Positions 27,667 through 38,183 of a stretch of DNA of 64,000 bases are shown here, piece by piece. The DNA lies in contig OZ241986.1 in NCBI GenBank assembly GCA_965204375.1, forward strand, positions 6,112,001 to 6,176,000. The letters run 5' to 3'. How positions within the stretch are numbered: the first letter of the stretch is position 1; each line of letters starts with the position of its first letter. The notes beneath the pieces are model-generated. The model did not search any database. It saw only the letters and a program-made list of their open reading frames with translations, and had not been told where the DNA came from. This DNA is from Candidatus Latescibacterota bacterium. GTDB taxonomy: Bacteria; Latescibacterota; UBA2968. The position numbers were made by a program, and so were the translations under genes.

Positions 27667-28950
27667 TTAAGTCTGAAGGTCTGCAGGATCGTTGATGCGC
27701 GCGCCTTCAGGGGCGGAAATTGAGCCTGCGAGCAATGGATCGTCGGTTGTTTCCATCCAGGTTTGGAGGCGATGGCGCAGGTCGTTGATCGCGTCTTGAT
27801 ATTTGGGGTCAGAGGCGAGATTGTTGGTCTCATGGGGGTCAAAAATGAGGTCGTAGAGCTGTTCAGGGGGTTGGTTTTTCTGCCGCCAGCCCTGGGCGAG
27901 AAAGTAGGATTTGCTGGGGCTACCGTCGCAGTTGATGTCGCCTGGGCGCTGTGTGGGATACCAGTGGCGAATGTATTTCCATTTTTTTGTGCGAATGGCG
28001 CGTTGTGGGTCGTAATAGCTGTGGTAGTTGATTTCTGCGAAAATTTCATCGTGAATTTCATCTGTTTCTTCGCGGACGAGTGGTCGTATGGATTTGCCTT
28101 GTAGCCAGTCTGGGTGGTCTATGCCGATCACATCGCACAAGGTGGGGAAGAGGTCAATTTGAGAGACCATGCCATCGATGACTTTGCCGCCTGAAAAACC
28201 CGGTCCGCGCATGATGAGCATGACGCCGATGCCGTGATCGGTGAGGTTGCATTTCATCATGGGGAATGCGATGCCGTGGTCTGTGGTGCTGATGACGATG
28301 GTGTTTTCGGCAAGTCCGGCATGGTCTATGGCGTTTAGGACGCGCCCGACTTCGGTATCGAGGATGCGAACGCAGGTTTTGTATGCGGCGGTGTCGTATC
28401 GGGTTTCAGGGGTGTCGGGGAAGGGCGCGGGGGGTATGCAATAGCGCGGGTCGTCTCCGGGTCCCGGTTCGGGAAAGCTGCGATGGGTGACGGTATATCC
28501 GACGTCGAGGAAGAAGGGTTTGTCGTGAGATCGGTTGATATATGCAATGGCTGCGTCGGAGGTCGCCTGTTGATTTTTAGAGGTGTCGAATATTTCGTCA
28601 TAACCGATTTCTGAGGGATCGGCTGCTGGGGGACGACCGACGTGCTGAAAACCCGATAGAGCGGTTGTGTAACCCGCTTTTTTGAGTGTGTGAACGAGGT
28701 GATGGCTATAATTGTTGAGGCGAAAACCTCGGTGTGCCAACCCCAGCATGCCGCAACTGTGGGGCGATTGTCCTGTCAGGAGTGCGGCTCGGCTTGGCGA
28801 GCAGGTCGGGTTGGCGCAAAATGCCTGGCGAAAGAGAACGCCCTGTTCGGCGAGGCGCTGAAAATTTGGGGTGGGCATGGCATGCCCAAAGGGCTGAATG
28901 TAGCGACCCGTGTCGTGAGAGTGGATGTAGAGGATGTTTGGGTGGGACAT
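27667..28950 (-). CDS. Sulfatase (sulfamidase-like)
   Basis: PNILYIHSHD, CSPSRAALLTG, TTDHG and LYDLIFDPHE motifs. Confidence 0.92.
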   Translation of the reverse strand: MSHPNILYIHSHDTGRYIQPFGHAMPTPNFQRLAEQGVLFRQAFCANPTCSPSRAALLTGQSPHSCGMLGLAHRGFRLNNYSHHLVHTLKKAGYTTALSGFQHVGRPPAADPSEIGYDEIFDTSKNQQATSDAAIAYINRSHDKPFFLDVGYTVTHRSFPEPGPGDDPRYCIPPAPFPDTPETRYDTAAYKTCVRILDTEVGRVLNAIDHAGLAENTIVISTTDHGIAFPMMKCNLTDHGIGVMLIMRGPGFSGGKVIDGMVSQIDLFPTLCDVIGIDHPDWLQGKSIRPLVREETDEIHDEIFAEINYHSYYDPQRAIRTKKWKYIRHWYPTQRPGDINCDGSPSKSYFLAQGWRQKNQPPEQLYDLIFDPHETNNLASDPKYQDAINDLRHRLQTWMETTDDPLLAGSISAPEGARINDPADLQT

Positions 28951-28978
28951 TGAATTCTCCTGTGATTATTCACTGATG

Positions 28979-30394
28979 TCACGCATGAGATAGATATGCT
29001 CGAAGGTGTTTGAGGGCACGGCCATTGTCTATTGCTTCTCGCGCCTGTCGAATTGCATCGTGGGGATCGGCGGTGAGACCGAGCAGGTAATCTGTGAGGG
29101 CTGTATTGAGTACAATGCGGTCGTAAACAGGGCCTTTTTTCCCAGATAGAGATGCAAGGCCGAGTTTTGCAAAGGTCTGTGTATCGACGGCTTTGGGGCG
29201 TGGATTTTGTGTGTAGTGAAAGCCGTAAGTGGCGGGATTGATATCGCAAGCATAAGTTTGATTGGCGCGAAAGCCCTGTGAAAAATTGATGGCGTTCCGC
29301 GTTTTATCGGTGGGTTTTCCCAGGCGAAGGGAAAAGTGGCTGGTGCCTTCTTCCCCTTTGATCGCTACTGCAGATGTAAATCCGGTCTCGCGTGCGATTT
29401 TCAGAAGGGGGATTTCGTATCCCGAATGGTAATAACCGATGACAATGTGATTGCTGCCAGCACAGGTGAAGAGTTGTTGCGCTTTTTCTGTGGCAGACCA
29501 CGGGGGGCGTTTGCCTATGTGGGCGCGAAGGTCGCGGGCTGCGTAAGCCAATGGCGCATATTCGCGTTGGCTGATGTAAGCAAAGCCAATCTCGGGATTT
29601 TCGAGTCGTTCTGCTGCTTCTGAAAGCGACAAATTGGTGCGGGCATTGAGGGCGTTGAGGATCAGTTCGTCGGTAACACCCCATTTGGGGGGCATGGCAT
29701 CTACACCGTGAAGCACGGTGGGGCGACCGAGAGCCGCGCGCAGTGCCGCAATAAAAAGGGTGGGTTTGAAGTAGCGGGTTGAGCCATTGTAGGGTTGACC
29801 AAAGTGGGTGAGGTTATTCACCTGTACTGCGTGGATGCGTTCGGGTGCAAAGGTCGAGTGGAGGTATCCTCGCACCTCGTCATAGGATTCGAGGTTCATG
29901 CGCTGGCCGATCAGCGCGGCACCTTTGAGGCTGCCGCGAACACTGTCGGTGAGAATAGCTTCGCACATAAGGTGCGTTTGGTCGTAGGTGAGGTGTCGTC
30001 CAGCGAGAATGGTTTTTAGCGAGGCAATGACGGTTTGCTCGTCGGGTGATTCTGCGGGACAGTGATCTTTTAGGCCGAAGATATATTGCAGGTCTGGTGG
30101 GAGGTGGGTTTGTAGAAGGGGGGTATATTGTTCAAAGGTATTGATTTCCACCTGGCTCCAGGCTGTTTTGGGCGGGTAATTGCGCCGCAGACGCATCGCG
30201 GCAAAAAAGGCTCCCATCTGGATATCGGAGACCGGATGATGCGCTTTGTTTTGCAGCGTATTGAGGATGGCATCCAGTACGGGTTGTGGCTGTGGATCGC
30301 TGGATTTGTTGCCCAAAGGACGAGATTGCGTGGGGCCTGTACACACGCGCGCCTGGGCTTCGAGGACGAGGGGATTGGGGTCGGATAGTGGCAT
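28979..30394 (-). CDS. Anthranilate phosphoribosyltransferase-like (YbiB/TrpD2-type) protein
   Basis: TGPTQSRPL, QMGAFFAAMRLR, PYNGSTR, LHGVDAMPPKWG and KGEEG motifs. Confidence 0.7.
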   Translation of the reverse strand: MPLSDPNPLVLEAQARVCTGPTQSRPLGNKSSDPQPQPVLDAILNTLQNKAHHPVSDIQMGAFFAAMRLRRNYPPKTAWSQVEINTFEQYTPLLQTHLPPDLQYIFGLKDHCPAESPDEQTVIASLKTILAGRHLTYDQTHLMCEAILTDSVRGSLKGAALIGQRMNLESYDEVRGYLHSTFAPERIHAVQVNNLTHFGQPYNGSTRYFKPTLFIAALRAALGRPTVLHGVDAMPPKWGVTDELILNALNARTNLSLSEAAERLENPEIGFAYISQREYAPLAYAARDLRAHIGKRPPWSATEKAQQLFTCAGSNHIVIGYYHSGYEIPLLKIARETGFTSAVAIKGEEGTSHFSLRLGKPTDKTRNAINFSQGFRANQTYACDINPATYGFHYTQNPRPKAVDTQTFAKLGLASLSGKKGPVYDRIVLNTALTDYLLGLTADPHDAIRQAREAIDNGRALKHLRAYLSHA

Positions 30395-30610
30395 AGATGG
30401 AAAAGTATTGCGGGGATGTGGTGTTGTCAAGAGATTGAGTGAGGGAGACGCTGTTGCCTTTCTGCTTGACGCAAGCGCAAAGTGCAAGGATAAAGTCACA
30501 GAGGGTTTAAAAGTGCTATACATCCCCCCAATTTGTTTGTATTATGTTTTCCATTAGTCTCATTCTGTATTTCGTTGGATAGTATAAATCAAAAACTGAG
30601 GAATTTTCCA

Positions 30611-32161
30611 ATGTTTTTCAGATGTTCTCGTTTCGCTTTTCTGATGGGACTGTTTCTATCCCGTGATGCATTTGCACAGGAAGCTTTGACCGGCGAGTCG
30701 TCTGGCGCAATACAGATGGTTATTGACGTATTGAATGCAGGCTTAAGTGCGATAACCAATTTTCTATCTTCGATTATATTTTTTGATTTTGGCCTGGGTA
30801 TTCCACTCGTCATTATTGTGCTTGTAGGTGGTGGCATTTATTACTCTTTTTATTGTCGCTGGATCTCTCTGCGCGGAATAAAACATTCGATTGATGTGAT
30901 TCGCGGAGGGTATGACAATCCGGATCATCCCGGTGAAATTTCGCATTTTAAGGCATTGACCAGTGCGTTGTCTGCCACTGTGGGCCAGGGGAATATCGCG
31001 GGTGTAGCGATTGCTGTGAGTGCCGGTGGTCCCGGTGCTGTTTTCTGGATGATTGTCACGGCTTTTTTGGGTATGGCGTCCAAGTTTGTATCCTGTACTC
31101 TGGCGGTGATGTACAGAAGAATCCATCCCGATGGGCGCGTGTCGGGTGGTCCGATGTACTATCTGGAACAAGGCTTAAAAGAAAAAGGACTTGGGATTTT
31201 GGGGCGCGTAATGGCCGTGATTTTTGCCGTGCTGACAGTCGGTGGTTCTCTGGGCATCGGCAATATGTTTCAGGTGAATCAGACAGTTGAAATGCTCGGT
31301 ACTGTATCCGAGGGATTTAAGACTTATAACTGGGTTGTCGGGCTTTTAATGGCAGGGGTAGTAGGCGTTGTCATTAGTGGAGGTATCAAGCGCATTGGCA
31401 CTGTCACAGCGGGCATTGTACCCTTCATGTGTGGATTGTACGTGCTCACATCCTTTCTCATTATTCTCGCGCGTATTACCGAATTGCCCAATCTGATTGC
31501 GAATATCATTTCTCAGGCGTTTATACCTGAAGCTATGTATGGCGGTTTCATGGGGGCTTTGGTTCAAGGGGTACGCAGAGCGGCTTTTTCCAACGAAGCG
31601 GGGTTGGGGTCTGCGGCATTTGCCCATGCGGCAGCCAAAACCGATGAGCCTGTGCGCCAGGGGATAGTGGCGATGATTGGGCCTTTTATTGACACCGTTA
31701 TTATATGTTTAATGACGGCATTGGTTTGTATGATTACGGGTGCGTATCAGTTGCCTGAATTTCAAGGACAAAGTGGGTATCTCGTGGGAATCCAGATGAC
31801 ATCTGTGGCATTTGATTCGTTCGCGCCCGGGTCGCGTTATGTCATCGCAGTTGTGGCAATGTTCTTTGCCTATACGACGTTGATCGCGTGGGCATATTAC
31901 GGCGAGCGAGCGTGGGAATATCTTTTTGGATTGCGATCTACTCTGACGTATCGAATTGTTTTTGTGTGCTTTGTATTTATCGGGTCTGTCACCGCGCTAA
32001 AGAGTGTGGTCGATTTTTCCGACGCGATGATTTTTGCAATGGCGTTTCCGAATATTATCGGCTGTATTATCATGAGTCCACAGATCAAAGACAGGCTCAA
32101 AGAATACTGGGGGCGTTACAAGGCGGGTGAGATAGAGGCGTATCAGAGGGACGTATATTGA
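30611..32161 (+). CDS. Alanine/glycine:cation symporter (AGCS family)
   Basis: GEISHFKAL, GNIAGVA, GGPGAVFWM, GGPMYY and FSNEAGLGS motifs. Confidence 0.93.
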   Translation: MFFRCSRFAFLMGLFLSRDAFAQEALTGESSGAIQMVIDVLNAGLSAITNFLSSIIFFDFGLGIPLVIIVLVGGGIYYSFYCRWISLRGIKHSIDVIRGGYDNPDHPGEISHFKALTSALSATVGQGNIAGVAIAVSAGGPGAVFWMIVTAFLGMASKFVSCTLAVMYRRIHPDGRVSGGPMYYLEQGLKEKGLGILGRVMAVIFAVLTVGGSLGIGNMFQVNQTVEMLGTVSEGFKTYNWVVGLLMAGVVGVVISGGIKRIGTVTAGIVPFMCGLYVLTSFLIILARITELPNLIANIISQAFIPEAMYGGFMGALVQGVRRAAFSNEAGLGSAAFAHAAAKTDEPVRQGIVAMIGPFIDTVIICLMTALVCMITGAYQLPEFQGQSGYLVGIQMTSVAFDSFAPGSRYVIAVVAMFFAYTTLIAWAYYGERAWEYLFGLRSTLTYRIVFVCFVFIGSVTALKSVVDFSDAMIFAMAFPNIIGCIIMSPQIKDRLKEYWGRYKAGEIEAYQRDVY

Positions 32162-32173
32162 TAATTTATACCG

Positions 32174-32218
32174 GCACACAAAACGGATTGACCATCACAG
32201 GTGAACCCGTTTTGTGTG
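32174..32218 (+). terminator. Stem-loop, probable terminator
   Basis: CACACAAAACGG...CCGTTTTGTGTG inverted repeat. Confidence 0.65.
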
Positions 32219-32282
32219 TACTAACAAGGCAAAAGACGAGCTAATATGTTACTTTACAACTTGTCGTGTACTATGAAATAAG

Positions 32283-32326
32283 AGTCAAAAAAAAGATTTG
32301 ACTTTCGCATAGACAAGTAATATTTT
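32283..32326 (+). promoter_or_regulatory. Sigma70-type promoter with overlapping inverted repeat
   Basis: TTGACT-17 nt-TATTTT; AGTCAAA-7 nt-TTTGACT dyad over the -35 box. Confidence 0.5.
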
Positions 32327-32456
32327 AGCTAAACTTCTCAATTCCCTGTAAGAATACATCTCGCTATGGGGCGCAATGGCTCTTGGTCGAATTTTCTGCA
32401 CGCGATGGTACGGCAAGAGCTTTCGTAGATACTTTCACACATCAGGATAAAGGTCC

Positions 32457-32795
32457 ATGGAGATTAAAACCCAAAGAGAAAATGGAATTTTAATCGCGAA
32501 CGTGAATGGCCGGGTTGATAGTGCCAATGCCCGCGAGTTCGAAAATGTATTAAGCTCTGCAATCAGTGACGACGATACATGCGTGGTCGTAGATTTTGGG
32601 GGGCTTTCTTACATTAGTAGCTCGGGCCTGCGGGTCATTTTGCTGGTTGCCAAGTCACTCCGGAATCGCAATGCGGAATTCGCGCTTTGCTCGCTTTCTG
32701 GTCCCATCGGAGAGGTCTTCAAAATCAGCGGATTTGACAAGATCATTTCGATCTACGACTCACAGGCAGAGGCTTGTGCCGCACTGAGCGGATAA
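32457..32795 (+). CDS. STAS domain anti-anti-sigma factor (RsbV/SpoIIAA-like)
   Basis: GRVDSANA; LSYISSSGLR carries the phosphoacceptor Ser. Confidence 0.92.
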   Translation: MEIKTQRENGILIANVNGRVDSANAREFENVLSSAISDDDTCVVVDFGGLSYISSSGLRVILLVAKSLRNRNAEFALCSLSGPIGEVFKISGFDKIISIYDSQAEACAALSG

Positions 32796-33238
32796 CCTGA
32801 CCTTTAGCTTTATCGCACAAGCCGTAGAGAGGGCCTGGCGTATCTCAACCTGTTGCACAGACCGGGTTAGACTCGCCAGACTTATTGTGTGCTTTCCTCA
32901 ATCGGGTTGCAGGCGTTCTCGAATTCATGTGCCGATCCGTTTTTCCTGTGTATCTGGTCCATAGATCACTTTCCAGGGTATTTCTCATGCCCTGTATATC
33001 CGCTTTCAAAACCTCCCGAATAACAGCCAACCTTCTACAATTCAGTAACCGGTGTCGCGCAGTTTGTCATTACACAATGACCGACCGGGCATTTGTCCCT
33101 GTATTGTATTCTCCCCGTAGTCCTCTCCCTTACAACGCAGAGAGGTGAGCTTCCTGAACTATCGCAATGATTGTACATCGGTCAAAGAATGCACAACTTC
33201 AGTATAAGTAAGACACCATTAATATAAGAGGCGCGTAT

Positions 33239-34408
33239 ATGAAAAAGGCGCAATACAAAATACTCGTGGTTGATGATGAACCCGATCTCGAACATCTCGT
33301 GAGGCAGCGCATGCGGCGCGATGTTCGCGCCGGACACTACGAATTCGTCTTTGCCTACAACGGCGTTGAGGCTCTCGAGGTGCTGAACGCGGATCCGGAT
33401 ATCGATATGGTGCTCTCGGACATCAATATGCCGCGGATGGATGGTCTCACGTTGCTCGAACAGATGCCCCAGGTCGATCCAGACCTCCGGGCTGTCATTG
33501 TCTCGGCTTATGGCGACATGAAAAACATCCGCACGGCGATGAATCGAGGGGCGTTCGACTTTGTTACCAAGCCCATTGATTTTCAGGATTTGAGGGTCAC
33601 GATTGAGCGCACTCTGGAACACCTGCAGATGTGGCGCGAGGCTGTGGCTTCGCGGGATAAGTTGGTGGCACTGCAAAACGAGCTTCGCGTTGCCTATGAG
33701 ATGCAGCAGTCGATCCTGCCGAAGGTCTTTCCCGACAAACCGGGCTATCAGGTGTTTGGAAACATGGAGCCTGCACGTGAAGTGGGCGGTGACTTTTTCG
33801 ATATTATCAATCTGGAAAATGACTGTGTCGGTCTGGCAATTGCCGATGTTTCCGATAAGGGTGTACCGGCTGCTCTTTTCATGATGTCCAGTCGCACGTT
33901 GATGAAAGGAGCTGCAATTGGCAGATCGAATCCGGCCGAGGTGTTGAGCGAGGTCAATAGTCTCCTGCAGGAAGACAACGACGCAGCGATGTTTGTCACT
34001 GTATTTTACGCCGAATACAATCCGGCGAATGGGGTGCTGTCGTACGCCAACGGAGGGCACAATCCCCCGATCCTCGTCCACGCGGATGGCAGCTCGACTG
34101 TGCTCCCCCAGACCAACGGAATTGCTCTGGGTATCATGCCAGATGTTGAATACGAACAAAACTCAGTCACTCTGTCGCCCGGCGATGTCCTCGTGCTCTA
34201 CACAGATGGTGTCACCGAAGCCATGAATGCCCAGAATGAGGAGTTTGAAATGGAGCGCTTGTGTGCAGTATTGTCCGAGTATTGTTCGTGTGGTGTCCGC
34301 GAAATTAATCAGGCGGTTTTTCAAGCTGTACAGGCATTCGCGGGCGATATGCCCCAGTTCGACGATATGACCTGTATGACACTTTTTTGCAGAGAGATAG
34401 GAATATGA
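33239..34408 (+). CDS. Response regulator receiver plus PP2C/SpoIIE phosphatase
   Basis: ILVVDDE, SDINMP, VTKP (receiver); VGGDFFD, IADVSDKG, YTDGV, DDMT (phosphatase). Confidence 0.93.
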   Translation: MKKAQYKILVVDDEPDLEHLVRQRMRRDVRAGHYEFVFAYNGVEALEVLNADPDIDMVLSDINMPRMDGLTLLEQMPQVDPDLRAVIVSAYGDMKNIRTAMNRGAFDFVTKPIDFQDLRVTIERTLEHLQMWREAVASRDKLVALQNELRVAYEMQQSILPKVFPDKPGYQVFGNMEPAREVGGDFFDIINLENDCVGLAIADVSDKGVPAALFMMSSRTLMKGAAIGRSNPAEVLSEVNSLLQEDNDAAMFVTVFYAEYNPANGVLSYANGGHNPPILVHADGSSTVLPQTNGIALGIMPDVEYEQNSVTLSPGDVLVLYTDGVTEAMNAQNEEFEMERLCAVLSEYCSCGVREINQAVFQAVQAFAGDMPQFDDMTCMTLFCREIGI

Positions 34409-34827
34409 AGGTGAAACGTTCTCTATGTATTGCGTCGGATCTCAACGAGTTGGAGCGGCTCCACGATGCCGTGGCAGAACTCGGCGAGGCGGGGGATTGG
34501 CCCCCCGATCTCGTGTATCAGGTCGATCTCGTCCTTGAAGAATTGATCGTCAACACTGTGAACTACGGATACGACGATGATGCACGCCACGAGATTGAGG
34601 TCACGCTGACCTCGGATGAGGATGTTTTCACCGTTGAGATTATAGACGATGGACAGGCCTTTAATCCTCTGGCTGACGCCCCCGAACCAGATTTGGACGC
34701 GGGGATAGAAGATCGGCCGATAGGGGGGCTTGGGATCCATCTGATGCGCGTTATGATGGATGATGTCCACTATCGCCGCGAGGAAAATAAGAATCATCTT
34801 ACTCTGATTAAGCGGAGGAATGGATGA
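34405..34827 (+). CDS. RsbW-like anti-sigma factor Ser kinase (HATPase_c_2)
   Basis: EELIVN, DDGQAFNP and GGLGIHL motifs; ATGA overlap with the upstream gene. Confidence 0.92.
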   Translation: MKVKRSLCIASDLNELERLHDAVAELGEAGDWPPDLVYQVDLVLEELIVNTVNYGYDDDARHEIEVTLTSDEDVFTVEIIDDGQAFNPLADAPEPDLDAGIEDRPIGGLGIHLMRVMMDDVHYRREENKNHLTLIKRRNG

Positions 34828-35996
34828 GGAGAACGCGCTACAGTTGTGCGATTTTATTACTCGTCTTGCTGATTGTAGATATCCGTGCGGAAGAATCGGA
34901 GGTCTCCGACCTGTATATCCTTTTCGGGCAGTCCGCCGCCTTTAGTGGTCCCGCTCAAGAACTGGGCAAGGACATGCAGATCGGAATTGAGGCAGCTTTT
35001 CAGGAGGCTAACGCGCGGGGCGGCATACATGGTCGGAAGCTGATGTTGTTGTCTCTCGATGACGCATACGAACCCGAAGCCGCCATCGCCAACACCCAGC
35101 GATTGATTGAACAGGAACGGGTTTTTGCACTGATTGGTTCTGTTGGCACACCCACTTCACGCTCTGCTGCTCCTATCGCTGAAAGTGCGGGCGTCCCCTA
35201 CATCGCTCCCTTTACCGGTGCGGCCTTCCTGCGTGAAGACAGGTGGCAAAACGTGATTAACCTGCGGGCGTCTTATAACCAGGAGACCGAGGCTATGGTC
35301 GCTCGTTTGACTACAGACCTGGGTATTAAACGCATTGCCGTGATGTACCAGGATGACTCTTTTGGTCGGGCGGGTTATCGCGGCGTGCGGCAGGCACTTG
35401 AGCGGCGTGGCATGGAACCTGTGGCAATAGGGGTGTACCCGCGCAATACCACGGCGGTGAAGACGGGTCTGCTCAACCTGCATAGTGCAAACCCCGATGC
35501 AGTCATCCTGATAGGGGCCTACCAGCCGGTAGCAACGCTGATTGCCTGGGCGCGACACATAGGGCTGGATCCCGTGTTCATGACCATCTCCTTTGTGGGC
35601 AGCAATGCGTTGGCCAAGGAACTCGGTCGCAGTGGTGCTGGGGTCTTCGTCACGCAGGTCGTACCTTTTCCAACAGATAACACTCTCCCCGTTGGTATTG
35701 CCTATCGCCGTGCCCTATCTGTCCACGCGCCCGAAGCGACACCTGGCTTTGTCTCCTACGAAGGCTATCTGGCGGGACGATTGGCTATCGCCTCTCTCGA
35801 ACGCTGTGGCAAAGAGGTTGACCGCGTTGGGTTTCTCAAGAATTTGCGCGGTACAGACACCATTGATCTCGACGGCTTCGAACTTCGCTATGGCGCAAAT
35901 GACAATCAGGGTTCAGACGCTGTTTTTCTCACCGTGATTGGTAGCGATGGCAGTTATCGCTCGATCCAAACTCTGCGGGACGCAATAAAGCCATGA
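34824..35996 (+). CDS. Periplasmic ligand-binding protein (Leu/Ile/Val-binding family)
   Basis: Signal peptide; GQSAAFSGP, LDDAYEP, VGTPT and RASY motifs. Confidence 0.88.
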   Translation: MRRTRYSCAILLLVLLIVDIRAEESEVSDLYILFGQSAAFSGPAQELGKDMQIGIEAAFQEANARGGIHGRKLMLLSLDDAYEPEAAIANTQRLIEQERVFALIGSVGTPTSRSAAPIAESAGVPYIAPFTGAAFLREDRWQNVINLRASYNQETEAMVARLTTDLGIKRIAVMYQDDSFGRAGYRGVRQALERRGMEPVAIGVYPRNTTAVKTGLLNLHSANPDAVILIGAYQPVATLIAWARHIGLDPVFMTISFVGSNALAKELGRSGAGVFVTQVVPFPTDNTLPVGIAYRRALSVHAPEATPGFVSYEGYLAGRLAIASLERCGKEVDRVGFLKNLRGTDTIDLDGFELRYGANDNQGSDAVFLTVIGSDGSYRSIQTLRDAIKP

Positions 35997-38155
35997 TTAA
36001 CATAATAAAACACCTGCTTGAAGGCCGATACCGAATCTCGACGCAACTCTATCTGGGTATTGGCGGTGCTGTTGTCCTCACGATGGGGGCGAGTCTGGTT
36101 GGCTGGTTTTCCTTCAACAGCGTGGGTGACGCGCAAAGTCGCGTGAATGAAGGCAGTGTGCCCGGAATGGCGGCTGCTTTTGGGGTTGCGCAACAAAGCG
36201 GTGCCATTGTAGCCGCAGCACCGCGTCTCATCGCTGCTGCAACGCCAGAGACATTTGATCAGGTTATTGACGAGATCGCCAAAGAGCGAAGTGCTTTTGA
36301 AGTGCAGTTGGCGGCTTTGACGCAGCAAGGTGGAGAAGAAGAACGCTTCGGTCGCATTCGCGTCCAGGGTGGTACGCTGATCTCAAATATCGAAGAAATT
36401 GAATGCTCCATAGCCGAACTTTTTGCGCTGCAAGAACGGAGTGAAGCCCTGCGTGCAGAACTGGGTAAAGTGCGCAACGAACTGGTTGGTGTCATGGTTC
36501 CGCTTATTGACGACCAGTTGTTCTACGCTATGACGGGGTATCGCAATCTCGGCGAAGCACCCGCGTCGCGTGCACGGCACTTGTCGAGACAAGAGTTCGA
36601 CCACTATCGCCATCTGGCTGCATTGCAAGCAGACGCCACCACAGCAATCCAGCTTCTGTCGAGTGCTTTCAATCTTTCAGATGCGCCCTTGATTGAGCCA
36701 TTGCGGGAGCGATTTGAGGCTGCTAAAGACAGGATTGAATGGAGTTTGTCGGCACTCGGAACGGCCCGTGCGCGCAGTCAGATCGCTCCGATATGTGCCC
36801 GCCTGTACCAGTTGGGGCTGGGGGAAGAAGGGGGCTTCGACCTGCGTACACGAGAACTCGAACACGTCGCGCACCAGCGGGATCTGCTCGCGCGCAATCA
36901 GTCTCTTGCCCTTAATCTGGTCGCCGAAGCAGAAGGGCTGGTAAATGCTGCCCGCATAAGTGCAAAGGAAGCTACCCACGCTTCTACACTGGCCATCGGC
37001 ACCGGGCGCAGTCTTCTGTTGGTCTTGAATGTGATAAGCATTACTGGCGCGTTGTTGATCGCCTATTTATTCGTGGGACGAATGCTATTGCCCCGTCTCG
37101 AGCGACTATCCGAACGGATGCGCCGCATGGCTGATGGCGATCTGGAGGGCAAGGTTGAGATCGGTGGGAACGACGAGGTAGCAGACATGGCAGCAGCCCT
37201 TGAAGTCTTTCGTCGCCACGCTCTGGAGGTGCAGCGCCTGAATCTGGTGGAAAAACTGGCCGAAGAGTTGCAATCTAAGAATGCAGAGCTCGAAAAAGTG
37301 CTGGAGGATTTGCAGGTGGCGCAGGACCAGATTGTTATGCGCGAGAAATTGGCCGCGCTCGGCGAACTCACCGCAGGTGTGGCGCACGAGATCAAGAATC
37401 CGCTGAATTTTGTGAAAAACTTCTCGGAGGCTTCGGAAGAACTCATGGAGGAGTTGGTGGAGGTACTGGACGAAATTCCCGAAGCACTGAGCGAGGAGCA
37501 GCGCGAATTGGTTGACGAGATATGCCAGGACCTCACCGACAACATGGGGCGCATCCTCCAACACGGCACCCGCGCCGACCGCATTGTTCACGATATGCTC
37601 ATGATGGGGCGCGGCTCTGGTGAACGACAGTCCATTGAAATTAACAATCTGCTAGATGAACACGCCCGCCTTGCCTACCACAGTGCACGAGCGACTGATG
37701 CGGATTTCAACTTGACCATTGAGACGGATTTCGATCCAGATGCGGGGCAAATCGAGGCAGTGCCGCAGGACCTGGGGCGCGTCTTTCTCAATATGGTGGG
37801 CAATGCCTGTTATGCTACCGACGAGAAACGGCGTGCTATTGAATCAGATGATGGTGTGACCTATTTTCCGACGCTGTCGCTGAGCACCAGGCGACTGGAT
37901 GATCGGATAGAGGTGAGCATACGGGATAATGGGAATGGGATTCCGCCCGAGGTTGTCGATAAAATTTTCAATCCTTTCTTTACCACCAAACCAACAGACA
38001 AAGGCACGGGTCTTGGCCTTGCCCTTTCCAACGATATTGTGCGCGAACACGGGGGAAATATCCGGGTTGTATCCGAACCCGGTGAATTTACCGAGATGAT
38101 AGTAGAATTGCCTTTGGTGCCGCCTGCGGTGACGACTGAAGAGGTAGCGAATTGA
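35993..38155 (+). CDS. Membrane sensor histidine kinase (large helical periplasmic domain, HAMP, HisKA, HATPase)
   Basis: Two TM segments, HAMP (DEVADMA), AHEIKNPLNF, and N, G1, F and G2 boxes. Confidence 0.92.
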   Translation: MINIIKHLLEGRYRISTQLYLGIGGAVVLTMGASLVGWFSFNSVGDAQSRVNEGSVPGMAAAFGVAQQSGAIVAAAPRLIAAATPETFDQVIDEIAKERSAFEVQLAALTQQGGEEERFGRIRVQGGTLISNIEEIECSIAELFALQERSEALRAELGKVRNELVGVMVPLIDDQLFYAMTGYRNLGEAPASRARHLSRQEFDHYRHLAALQADATTAIQLLSSAFNLSDAPLIEPLRERFEAAKDRIEWSLSALGTARARSQIAPICARLYQLGLGEEGGFDLRTRELEHVAHQRDLLARNQSLALNLVAEAEGLVNAARISAKEATHASTLAIGTGRSLLLVLNVISITGALLIAYLFVGRMLLPRLERLSERMRRMADGDLEGKVEIGGNDEVADMAAALEVFRRHALEVQRLNLVEKLAEELQSKNAELEKVLEDLQVAQDQIVMREKLAALGELTAGVAHEIKNPLNFVKNFSEASEELMEELVEVLDEIPEALSEEQRELVDEICQDLTDNMGRILQHGTRADRIVHDMLMMGRGSGERQSIEINNLLDEHARLAYHSARATDADFNLTIETDFDPDAGQIEAVPQDLGRVFLNMVGNACYATDEKRRAIESDDGVTYFPTLSLSTRRLDDRIEVSIRDNGNGIPPEVVDKIFNPFFTTKPTDKGTGLGLALSNDIVREHGGNIRVVSEPGEFTEMIVELPLVPPAVTTEEVAN

Positions 38156-38183
38156 AAGGAAGTGGAGGCACTGTCTCATCATT

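Noticed and set aside
30395-30610. Possible glycine riboswitch upstream of the AGCS symporter
   Set aside because: No GGAGA...CCGAAG...CUCUCAGG aptamer pattern is visible.
32330-32456. Structured RNA in the STAS leader (GCTCTTG...CAAGAGC)
   Set aside because: Only a 7-bp stem, with no match to a riboswitch consensus I recognise.
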